64,000 nt of DNA from assembly GCA_002269645.1 (NCBI GenBank), contig NIVC01000084.1, positions 992,001 through 1,056,000 of the forward strand, written 5' to 3'. The translations under genes were made by a program, and so were the position numbers. Below the pieces are notes generated by a model. That model made no database searches. It was not told the DNA's origin and saw only the letters and a program-made list of their open reading frames with translations. This stretch comes from Macrostomum lignano. Lineage: Eukaryota. Numbering within the stretch: the first letter of the stretch is position 1; each line of letters begins with the position of its first letter. This document shows positions 36,301 to 47,759 of the stretch, piece after piece.

Positions 36301-39096
36301 GGCCAGTCTCCCAGAGTGTCAGTTGCTGGCCAGCCTCCCAGATCCTCAGTTGCTGGGCCAGCCTCCCAGATCCTCAGTTGCTGGGCCAGCCTCCCAGATC
36401 CTCAGTTGCCGGGCCAGCCTCCCAGAGTGTCAGTTGCTGGGCCAGCCTCCCAGATCCTCAGTTACTGGGCCAGCCTCCCAGAGTGTCAGTTGCTGGGCCA
36501 GCCTCCCAGAGTGTCAGTTGCTGGGCCAGCCTCCCAGAGTGTCAGTTGCTGGGCCAGCCTCCCAGATCCTCAGTTACTGGGCCAGCCTCCCAGAGTGTCA
36601 GTTACTGGGCCAGCCTCCCAGAGTGTCAGTTGCTGGGCCAGCCTCCCAGATCCTCAGTTGCTGGGCCAGCCTCCCAGAGTGTCAGTTGCTGGGCCAGCCT
36701 CCCAGAGTGTCAGTTGCTGGGCCAGTCTCCCAGAGTGTCAGTTGCTGGGCCAGCCTCCCAGAGTGTCAGTTGCTGGGCCAGCCTCCCAGATCCTCAGTTA
36801 CTGGGCCAGCCTCCCAGAGTGTCAGTTACTGGGCCAGCCTCCCAGAGTGTCAGTTGCTGGGCCAGCCTCCCAGAGTGTCAGTTGCTGGGCCAGCCTCCCA
36901 GATCCTCAGTTACTGGGCCAGCCTCCCAGAGTGTCTGTTGCTAGGCCAGCCTCCCAGATCCTCAGTTACTGGGCCAGCCTCCCAGAGTGTCAGTTGCTGG
37001 GCCAGCCTCCCAGAGTGTCAGTTGCTCAGTTGCTGGGCAAAAGCTTCCCACCTTGACAATTTAAAAATGGTTTCGTCACCCTGAAATCACGCAGGCACGG
37101 CTTCTGCAGCCTCGGTCCCTCGGTGGACTGCACCCGGGCTGCCATTCAGAACGCTCGCGTCATCATCGCCCAGGTGAATCCGAAGTCGCCGCGCACCCGA
37201 GGCGACGCCTACATTCACTCTTCTCACGTTGACTGCTTCGTTCACATGCCGGAGAATCTGCAAGAGATGCCGGCCCGCAGCATTGATGAAGCGGAGGTCG
37301 CCATCGGCAAGCAAATCGCCCAGAATCTGGTGGAGAATGGCGCCACTTTGCAGATGGGCATCGGCAGTATCCCAGATGCTGTGCTAGCTGAATTAGGCTC
37401 GCACAAAGACCTCGGCGTGCACTCCGAAATGTTCTCAGACGGCATTGTAGATCTAACGCAAACTGGCGCTATCACGAATGCTAGAAAGAAAATTAAACCC
37501 GGAAAAATTGTCTCCGGCTTTGTTATCGGCAGTAATAAAGTATTCAATTTTATTAACGACAATCCGTTTGTTGAACTATGCGATATACAATTCACTAATC
37601 GAACTGCGATAATCTGCGAGAATCCGCAAGTTACGGCTATTAATTCTTGCATCGAAGTGGATCTCACTGGCCAAGTGGTCAGCGATTCGATTGGCCCGAG
37701 GATCTACTCCGGCGTTGGCGGCCAGATTGATTTCATTCGTGGCGCCGCTCTCTGCACTGACGGCCGAGGCAAGCCTATTATTGCTCTGCAGTCCGCTACC
37801 AAGAAGGGCGTGTCTAAGATCACACCTTTTATTAAAGAGGGTAAGTCACTGCGGATAATGCTGTTTGTTTATTTAACCGTATTGGCTACCTGTCTGCCTG
37901 TCTACTGCCTCATCTACTGTATCTACTCTCTCATATCTGCTGTGTCTACATATCTACTGTGTCTACTCTCTCATATCTGCTGTGTCTACTCTCTCATATC
38001 TACTGTGTCTACTCTCTCATATCTACTGTGTCTACTCTCTCATATCTACTGTGTCTACTCTCTTATATCTGCTGTGTGTACTCTCTCATATCTGCTGTGT
38101 CTACTCTCTCATCTGCTGTGTCTGCTCTCTTATATCTACTGTGCCTACTCTCATATCTACTGTTTATAACTCATATATCTATTGTCTACTCTCTCATATC
38201 TGCTGTCTACTCTCTCATATCTACTGTGTCTACTCTCTCATGTCTACTGTGTCTACTCTCTCATATCTGCTGTGTCTGCTCTCTTATATCTACTTTGTCT
38301 ACTCTCTCACATCTGCTGTGTCTACTCTCTCATATCTGCTGTGTCTACTCTCTCATATCTACTGTGTCTACTCTCTCATGTCTACTGTGTCTACTCTCTC
38401 ATATCTGCTGTGTCTGCTCTCTTATATCTACTTTGTCTACTCTCTCACATCTGCTGTGTCTACTCTCTCATATCTACTGTGTCTACTCTCATATCTACTG
38501 TTTATAACTCATATATATATTGTCTACTCTTTCATGTCTGCTGTGTCTACTCTCTCATATCTACTGTGTCTACTCTCTCATGTCTGTCTACTGTGTCTAC
38601 TCTCTCATATCTACTGTGTCTACTCTCTCATATCTACTGTGTCTACTCTCTCATATCTGCTGTGTCTTCTCTCTTATATCTACTGTGTCTACTCTCTTAT
38701 ATCTGCTGTGTTGACCTCTCATATCTACTGTGTCTGCTCTCTCATATCTGCTGTGTTGACCTCTCATATCTAATGTCTATTCTCCCCTGTCTACTGTCTA
38801 CCCTCTTCTATCTAGCATTTTCTATGTATGTTTCTACATTCTGCCCATACATTTTGCCTAAAAAATTAATCAACAATTCACCCCTTTTACAATCGCCGAC
38901 AACACCAGGCGCTGGAGTGGTCACCACCAGAGCCCATGTTCACTACATTGTGACTGAGCACGGCATTGCTCAACTGTGGGGCAAGAACCTTCGTCAGCGA
39001 GCTTATCATCTCATTCAAATCGCCCACCCAGATCATCGCAAAAGTCTGGAAGAGGCCGCTTTCAAAAGGCTAAAGTGCATGCCTTCGCCTGATTAA
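33301..39096 (+). CDS. Family I CoA-transferase (acetyl-CoA hydrolase / 4-hydroxybutyrate CoA-transferase / ASCT type), mitochondrial, 4 exons, 477 aa
   Basis: Exons 33301-33611, 35182-35370, 37095-37840, 38909-39096 (phases 2,2,1). Motifs FIHGGAATP, ATLQMGIGSIPDAV, LGVHSEMFSDG (catalytic Glu), NSCIEVDLTGQV, SGVGGQIDFIRGA, VTEHGIA…LRQRA…IAHPDHR; Arg-rich presequence ending KRAYY. Confidence 0.95.
33684..35044. repeat. 22-bp minisatellite organised as a 44-bp dimer (CoA-transferase intron 1)
   Basis: GATATTCAGATTGACAAGATCT + GATATTGGGAGTGACAAGATGT; period 44 (34021 to 34065). Confidence 0.97.
35418..37038. repeat. 28-bp minisatellite (CoA-transferase intron 2)
   Basis: GTTGCTGGGCCAGCCTCCCAGA(GTGTCA/TCCTCA); source of the three ~500-aa ORFs. 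Confidence 0.98.
37901..38790. repeat. ~23-bp minisatellite (CoA-transferase intron 3)
   Basis: TCTACTGTGTCTACTCTCTCATA units. Confidence 0.95.
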
Positions 39097-39269
39097 AGTT
39101 TTTCTTATCGATTTTTTGGACTCCAAGCAAGACTTGAAATTTCGTGAATTTGACAAAAATTAACTTCTTGTGTTTTTTTTAAATTCAATGCAACATTTGC
39201 GGTTTTTATGTTTTATTAATAAGAATTTAATAAAAATGTAGAGGGGCGAATAAAGATCTAGAAATGAAT

Positions 39270-40330
39270 TTAGATCTAGAAGGGTGGATACAGATACATA
39301 GAGTGGATAGAGGTCTAGAGGGCAGATAGACATCTAGATAGTAGATAGAGATCTAGAGATCCAGAGGGTAGATAAAGGTAGATATTTAGAGGGAGGATAG
39401 AGATCTAGAGAGTGGTTAGAGATCCAGAGAGTGGATAGAGATCTAGAGAGTGGATAGAGATCTAGAGAGTGGATAGAGATCTAGAGAGTGGATAGAGATC
39501 CAGAGAGTGGATAGAGATCCAGAGAGTGGATAGAGATCCAGAGAGTGGATAGAGATCCAGAGGGTGGATAGAGATCCAGAGAGTGGATAGAGATCTAGAG
39601 AGTGAATAGAGATCCAGAGAGTGGATAGAGATCCAGAGGGTGGATAGAGATCTAGAGAGTGAATAGAGATCCAGAGAGTGGATAGAGATCCAGAGAGTCG
39701 ATAGAGATCCAGAGAGTGGATAGAGATCCAGAGGGTCGATAGAGATCTAGAGAGTGAATAGAGATCCAGAGAGTCGATAGAGATCCAGAGGGTGGATAGA
39801 GATCTAGAGAGTGAATAGAGATCCAGAGAGTGGATAGAGATCCAGAGGGTGGATAGAGATCCAGAGGGTGGATAGAGATCTAGAGAGTGAATAGAGATCC
39901 AGAGAGTGGATAGAGATCCAGAGAGTGGATAGAGATCCAGAGAGTGGATAGAGATCCAGAGAGTGGATAGAGATCCAGAGAGTGGATAGAGATCCAGAGA
40001 GTGGATAGAGATCCAGAGAGTGGATAGAGATCCAGAGGGTCGATAGAGATCTAGAGAGTGGATAGAGATCTAGAGAGTGGATAGAGATCCAGAGAGTGGA
40101 TAGAGATCTAGAGAGTGGATAGAGATCTAGAGAGTGGATAGAGATCCAGAGAGTGGATAGAGACCCAGAGATCTAGGGGTGGATAAAGGTAGAGATCTAG
40201 AGGGAGGATAGAGATTTTGATGGAGGATAGAGATCCAGAGGGTGGATAGAGAGCTAGAGATCTAGGGGTGGATAAAGGTAGAGATCTAGAGGGTATATAG
40301 AGATCTAGAGGGTAAGTAGAAATCTAGATG
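39270..40330. repeat. 19-bp purine-rich minisatellite
   Basis: AGAGATCCAGAGAGTGGAT units. Confidence 0.95.
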
Positions 40331-41409
40331 TTAAAAAGAGATAGAGATCTAAAAGGGTGGATGGAGATGTAGGGGTGCCAGACAAGCAGTGAACAATGAT
40401 ATTTGATATGAATTCTTTATAGTTTGTTAAATAAAATTACCCATTATTTTGTTTTCACTCAATTCAGCTTTCTTAAATTTGCACATTTCTTTCTATCTAA
40501 AGAAAGAATGTTGCAACTTTAAAAAAAAACATAGATACATAGTTGTGTGTGCTGTAGCTCTTTTCACGTACACATGTAGACCATTGATACCTTTAACAGG
40601 CTATCGTGTGTGGTAGTTTGAAGTGTACACAATACTTATATTATATTGATTATTATATATTGATTGACCATAACTCAAAATGTATTTCAGAAAGCGGTTA
40701 TATCATTTTTAGATATAGAATCTCCATTCGTCAACTGCTCAGAATAAAACTCTTGCCTAAGTAACGATCTTAAACTACTCATAGTAGCTTAAAACACTCA
40801 TAGTAGCTTCGATTTTTAGACCTTTTCTGTAATTATTTTGGTTTTTTACTTTTTAAATTTCTTGCTATCAGTTAAAATTTAAAACGCCAAGTGGTTTATA
40901 GAAATCGTCTTTAACTCGAGAAATAATTTCTGCTATCTGAATTGAATGCAAGACTCACAGTTGATATTAATGTCTTTTTTCGTGCTTGTGACGCTGCACT
41001 ACTTTACTTTTTTACTACTCTAAGTAGTGCTATAAACAAGTATGTTGCGTGTCTTAAATCGTTATATTAACTTTTTTATATTCAAAGTCGCGCCTTTCTC
41101 TACGATAACAAATTGTGTGATACAAATTGATAGTTGTCATGTCTACTATTACAAATATTACAGTAACAAATATAATTCACGTAGTAGTTATTGTGACCGG
41201 GTAGTACGCTTTTTCACGCTTTAGAAATGCTTTATAATATTATTAGTCCAAGTTTGTCTGTTTCTGTGTCACTCTTTCTGCTTATTGTTCTTCATATAGA
41301 TAAGAGTGGGGTAGAGAGAGAAGACATGCACGTAAAGATGTAATGGAAGAGGAGATAGTGGTATGTCAGACAGCGTTGCGTAGCAGCTATATACATGGGT
41401 AGAAATAGA

Positions 41410-41830
41410 TTAGATTGGAGATGGTTGATTGAAAAAGAGATAGTTGAAAGATAGAGATAAATAAGAGAGAACAGAAATGGATAGGGTGGGATAGAATTCG
41501 ATAAGGAGGGATAGAGACGGATATGGAGGGATAGAGATAGATAGGAAGGGATGGAAATGGATAGGGATAGATACAGATGGATAGGGATGGATAGAGTGAG
41601 ATACAGATGGATAGGGAGGGATAGAGAGTGGGATACAGATGGATAGGGAGGGATAGGGATGGATAGAGACGGATAGGGGGATAGGGTGGGATACAGATGG
41701 ATAGAGATGGATAGGGAGGGATCGAGACGGATAGGGATGGATAGAGACGGATAGGGAGGGATAGAGACGGATAGGGAGGGATAGAGACGGATAGGGAGGG
41801 ATAGAGACGGATAGGGAGGGATAAAGGTAT
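41410..41830. repeat. GA-rich ~20-bp degenerate repeat upstream of WHAMM/JMY
   Basis: GATAGGGAGGGATAGAGACG-like units. Confidence 0.88.
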
Positions 41831-41958
41831 ATAAGCATGGAAATATATTAGGTTATTTAAATAGGTAAGACAGGGGTAAATAAGAAATTTTACTATTTGT
41901 AAATATTCTTAGCTTCAACTTGCGCCACTCATCATTCGTCAGTAGTTTCAATCGCGAA

Positions 41959-44900
41959 ATGACTTATGAAATCGAATCAATTTTCTTCCTGGACTTGAAA
42001 AACATCATGGAAAATTGCAGCGCCTCAGCAGGAGCAACGGCATCGGCTGCTTCGGCATTCTTAGCGGAGGAGCAGCTGGAGTCTCTGGACTCGGATTGGG
42101 TTCCGGTCAATCGATGCGTTGTTGAACACCAGCAGCAGCAGAAGAGTCCAGTGATTTTAGATTTTCGCGTTTCTTGGAATCAGGACAGTTGCAGTATTAC
42201 TATCAATTGTACGGAGCGGAAGTCCAAACAGCAGCAGCAGCCTCCGCAATCATTTATGGGAGTTTATACTCTATTTGAACTGTCCTGCATTAATTCCCAA
42301 TTGTGCCTATTAAATCCTCAACTTCAAAGATATTTTCCTGAGCAACCGCATCCAGCATGTTCCAGAGGCTTTTTGGCTAGTTTCCTATCTGCTCCGGTTG
42401 TCAACCAGGCTTACCTGGACTCGCTAACTGTCTACCTGAAAGCAGCCGTAGATCTATGCGGCGCCAGATTTGTTATCGATGCATTGTTTGAAGAATTGCC
42501 AGCCGAAGACTTCTTTGATAGTTTGTCGTCTTTAAAAGAGAATTGGCATCTTGATCGGATTGCTAAACAGAAGGAACAGCTGGAGGGATTGGAGTTCTAC
42601 AGGTATTGGCCTCTTCACCTTGTTGCTGTGACCGCCTTTGTCTGTTCTTCTCTGAGTCTGTTATCTAGTCTCTGAGTTTATTATCTAGTCCCTGAGTCTG
42701 TTATCTAGTCTCTGAGTCTGTTATCTAGTCTCTGAGTTTATTATCTAGTCCCTGAGTCTGTTATCTAGTCCCTAAGTTTATTATCTAGTCCCTGGGCTTA
42801 TTATCTACTCCCTGAGTTTATTATCTGGTCCCTGAGTCTGTTATATACTCCCTGAGTTTATTATCTGGTCCCTGAGTTTATTATCTAGTCCCTGAGTCTA
42901 CTATCTAGTCCCTGAGTTTATTATTTAGTGATTAGTCTCTGAGTCTATTATCTAGTCCCTGAGTCTGTTATCTAGTCCCTAAGTTTATTATCTAGTCCCT
43001 GGGTTTATTATCTACTCCCTGAGTTTATTATCTGGTCCCTGAGTCTGTTATCTACTCCCTGAGTTTATTATCTAGTCCCTGAGTCTACTATCTAGTCCCT
43101 GAGTTTATTATTTAGTCTCTGAGTCTATTATCTACTCCCTGAGCGAGTCTATTATCTAGTCCCTGAGTCTACTATCTATTCCCTAAGTTTATTATCCAGT
43201 CTCTGAGTTTATTATCTTATCCCTGGGTTTATTGTCTAGTCTCTGAATTTATTATCTAGTCCCTGAGTCTATTATCTAGTCCCTGAGTCTATTATCTAGT
43301 CCCTGAGTCTACTATCGAATCCCTGAGATTAATATCTAGTTCCTGAGTTTATTATCTGGTCCCTGAGTCTGTTATCTACTCCCTGAGTTTATTATCTGGT
43401 CCCTGGGTTTATTATCTAGTCCCTGAGTCTACTATCTAGTCCCTTAGTTTATTATTTAGTCTCTGAGTCTATTATCTACTCCCTGAGCGAGTATATTATC
43501 TAGTCCCTGAGTCTACTATCTAGTCCCTAAGTTTATTATCCAGTCTCTGAGTTTATTATCTTATCCCTGGGTTTATTGTCTAGTCTCTGAATTTATTATC
43601 TAGTCCCTGAGTCTATTATCTAGTCCCTGAGTCTATTATCTAGTCCCTGAGTCTACTATCGAATCCCTGAGATTAATATCTAGTTCCTGAGTTTATTATC
43701 TGGTCCCTGAGTCTGTTATCTACTCCCTGAGTTTATTATCTGGTCCCTGGGTTTATTATCTAGTCCCTGAGTCTACTATCTAGTCCCTTAGTTTATTATT
43801 TAGTCTCTGAGTCTATTATCTACTCCCTGAGCGAGTCTATTATCTAGTCCCTGAGTCTACTATCTAGTCCCTAAGTTTATTATCCAGTCTGAGTTTATTA
43901 TCTTATCCCTGGGTTTATTGTCTAGTCTCTGAATTTATTATCTAGTCCCTGAGTCTATTATCTAGTCCCTGAGTCTATTATCTAGTCCCTGAGTCTATTA
44001 TCTAGTCCCTAAGTCTACTATCGAATCCCTGAGTTTAATATCTAGTTCCTGAGTCGATTATCTAGTCCATGATTCGAGTATCGACTCTCTGAGTCCATTA
44101 TTTAGTTCCTGAATCTCTTATCTACTCCCTGAGTCTGTTATCTTATCCATTCATCTAGTCCCTCTCCGTCTAGTAACTAGCCTCATCTCCCTTTTATCTA
44201 CGAGTAATCTATCAGCTCTCACTGACAGGCGTCCGAACCCCATCGCCTCGCATTTGCAGAAAACAATGCGTCACCCTGATGGAGCTGGTGAGCCTTGTGT
44301 TTCAGCCGGAGGACGAGATTATGCAGAGATTAGCTAATTATCTGGCCGAACATTTCGCTTTTCATCTGCGACCGAGGGTTACGCTTCGTGGATTAGCTCA
44401 GTACAATATTGCTATGCTCAAGGTGCTTTTGAGTTTTAATTTTCATTGATCATTTTGACTGATTGTCAGAAGCTAGCTCGGTGTTAGGAGAGGACTAGGC
44501 TAGTTGTCAGATGCTAACTTGGGTTTACTGTATGATGTGTCAACTGAGGTGTCAGGAGTCAACTAAGGTGTCAGGAGTCAACTGAGGTGTCAGGAGTCAA
44601 CTGAGGTGTCAGGAGTCAACTGAGGTGTCAGGAGTCAACTGAGGTGTCAGGAGTCAACTGAGGTGTCAGGAGTCAACTGAGGTGTCAGGAGTCAACCGAT
44701 GTGCCAGGAGTCAACTGAGGCGTCTGGAGTCAACTGAGATGTCAGGAGTCAACTAAGGTGTCAGGAGTCAACTGAGGTGTCAGCAGTCAACTGAAATGTC
44801 AGGAGTCAACTAAGGTGTCAGGAGTCAACTGAGGTGTCAGGAGTCAACTGAAATGTCAGGAGTCAACTAAGGTGTCAGGAGTCAACTGAGGTGTCAGGAG

Positions 44901-47091
44901 TCAACTGAGGTGTCAGGAGTCAACTGAGGTGTCAGGAGTCAACCGATGTGCCAGGAGTCAACTGAGGCGTCTGGAGTCAACTGAGATGTCAGGAGTCAAC
45001 TGAGGCGTCTGGAGTCAACTAAGGTGTCAGGAGTCAACTGAGGTGTCAGGAGTCAACTGAGGTGTCAGGAGTCAACTGAGGTGTCAGGAGTCAACCGATG
45101 TGCCAGGAGTCAACTGAGGCGTCTGGAGTCAACTGAGATGTCAGGAGTCAACTAAGGTGTCATGAGTCAGCTGAGGTGTCAGGAGTCAACTGAGGTGTCA
45201 GGAGTCAACTGAGGTGTCAGGAGTCAACTGAAATGTCAGGAGTCAACTAAGGTGTCAGGAGTCAACTGAGGTGTCAGGAGTCAACTGAGGTGTCAGGAGT
45301 CAACTGAGGTGTCAGGAGTCAACTGAGGTGTCAGGAGTCAACTGAGGTGTCAGGAGTCATCTGAGGTTTCATTAGCTAGCAGATAGGTTAAATGCTAACT
45401 GGGGTGGCTATCAGGGAGATAACAAATGCTAAAGTGACTAACGGCACTCTTCATTCCGCAGTCTCGGCTCGACGCCACCCCTGAGACCGAGGATACGAAC
45501 GCTATTGGTTTGGAGATCACCGACTGGATTGAAAGCTTTGAGAGTAGCAATCAGAGCATTATCGAATTGTATTGCGATTATTATACTAAGCTGGCCGATA
45601 TGTACGAGAAAGCTTTGCAGCGATTGGACAATGCCTGCAAGTAAGTCGTATGTTTAATTCTGCGTAATTTGGATTTTACTGCTGACGGTGGGCTTCTAGG
45701 AGTGAGATTTCCTAGCTTCTAGGAGTGAGATTTCCTAGCTTCTAGGAGTGAGATTTCCTAGCTTCTAGGAGTGAGATTTCCTAGCTTCTAGGAGTGAGAT
45801 TTCCTAGCTTCTAGGAGTGAGATTTCCTAGCTTCTAGGAGTGAGATTTCCTAGCTTCTAGGGATGAGATTTCCTAGCTTCTAGGAGTGAGATTTACTATA
45901 GCTTCTAGGGTTAGATTTTCTAGCTTCTGAGGTGAGATTTTCTAGCTTCTAGAGATGAGATTCCCTAGCTTCTAGGGTGAGTTTTCCTAGCTTCTAGGGA
46001 TGAGATTTCCTAGCTTTTAGAGGTGAGATTTCCCACTTCCTAGCTTCTAAGGGTGAGATTTCCTAGCTTCTATGGATGAGATTTCTAAGCTTCTAGGGAT
46101 GAGATTTCCTACCTTCTAGGGATGAGATTTCCAAGCTTCTAGGGGTGAGATTTCCTAGCTTCTATGGATATTGTTTCTTGGCTTTTAGAGGTGAGATTGC
46201 CCATTTTCTAGCTTCTAGGGATGAGATTTCCTAGCTTCTAGGGTTGAGATTTACTATAGCTTCTAGGGTGAGATTTTCTGGCTTCTGGGGTGAGATTTTC
46301 TGGCTTCTGGGGTGAGATTTTCTGGCTTCTGGGGTGAGATTTTCTGGCTTCTGGGGTGAGATTTTCTAGCTTCTATGGATGAGATTTCCTAGCTTTTAGA
46401 GGTGAGATTTCCAACTTCCTAGCTTCTAGGGGTGAGATTTCCTAGCTTCTAGGGGTGAGATTTCTAAGCTTCTAGGGATGAGATTTCCTAGCTTCTATGG
46501 ATGAGATTTCCCAGCTTCTAGGGATGAGATTTTTCAGCTTCTAGGGTGAGATTTCCTAGCTTCCATGGATATTGTTTCCTGGCTTTTAGAGGTGAGATTG
46601 CCCATTTTCTACCTTCTAGGGTGAGACTTCCTAGCTTCTAGGGGTGAGATTTCCTAGCTTCTAAGGGTAAGATGAAATTTTGGTTGTTTAAATGATCCTG
46701 TTTTGTTTTTTTGTTTGTTTTTTAAGGCTACAAAAATTCTGATTTTAAGATCTGATATCAGCCCTTGAGAAATGCATTATAATTATCAATATTGCCTACT
46801 TGTTGAATATGAAAACACTTTTACACGGCAGGAAATTCGGCAAAAACGCCCTGACCAGCATTCAATACGTTGGCGAACGGCGCGAATCCCTGCAGCGTCG
46901 ACAACTCACCGAGCAGACACAGCGATTGAGAACCGAAGCTTGCCGGATTGAGAATAAAGTGAAATTACGTAAACAGGAGATTCTGTCGTTGGCCGCTACG
47001 CAACTGAGCGTTGAACAGATTCGAGCTGAGACTGACAGGCTGGAGCTTGCCGTGCACCGGCTGCAGTTGAAGGTGGGCCGAGCGACACTGG

Positions 47092-47171
<80 letters not shown>

Positions 47172-47200
47172 CACAGACAGACAGACAGACAATCAGACAC

Positions 47201-47287
<87 letters not shown>

Positions 47288-47316
47288 CACAGACAGACAG
47301 ACAGACAATCAGACAC

Positions 47317-47392
<76 letters not shown>

Positions 47393-47400
47393 TCAGACAC

Positions 47401-47487
<87 letters not shown>

Positions 47488-47516
47488 CACAGACAGACAG
47501 ACAGACAATCAGACAC

Positions 47517-47599
<83 letters not shown>

Positions 47600-47600
47600 C

Positions 47601-47676
<76 letters not shown>

Positions 47677-47684
47677 TCAGACAC

Positions 47685-47759
<75 letters not shown>

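Noticed and set aside
35484-37084. Three ~500-aa ORFs (GQPPR repeats)
   Set aside because: 28-bp intronic repeat inside the CoA-transferase gene; flanking exons splice in phase around it.
37959-39096. Hydrophobic LSYLLCLL-repeat ORFs
   Set aside because: 23-bp intronic repeat; only 38909-39096 is coding.
42655-44130. Minisatellite unit contains TAGTCCCTG, the reverse complement of the micro-element TIR core
   Set aside because: A 9-bp match is too short to support derivation from the element without genome-wide data.
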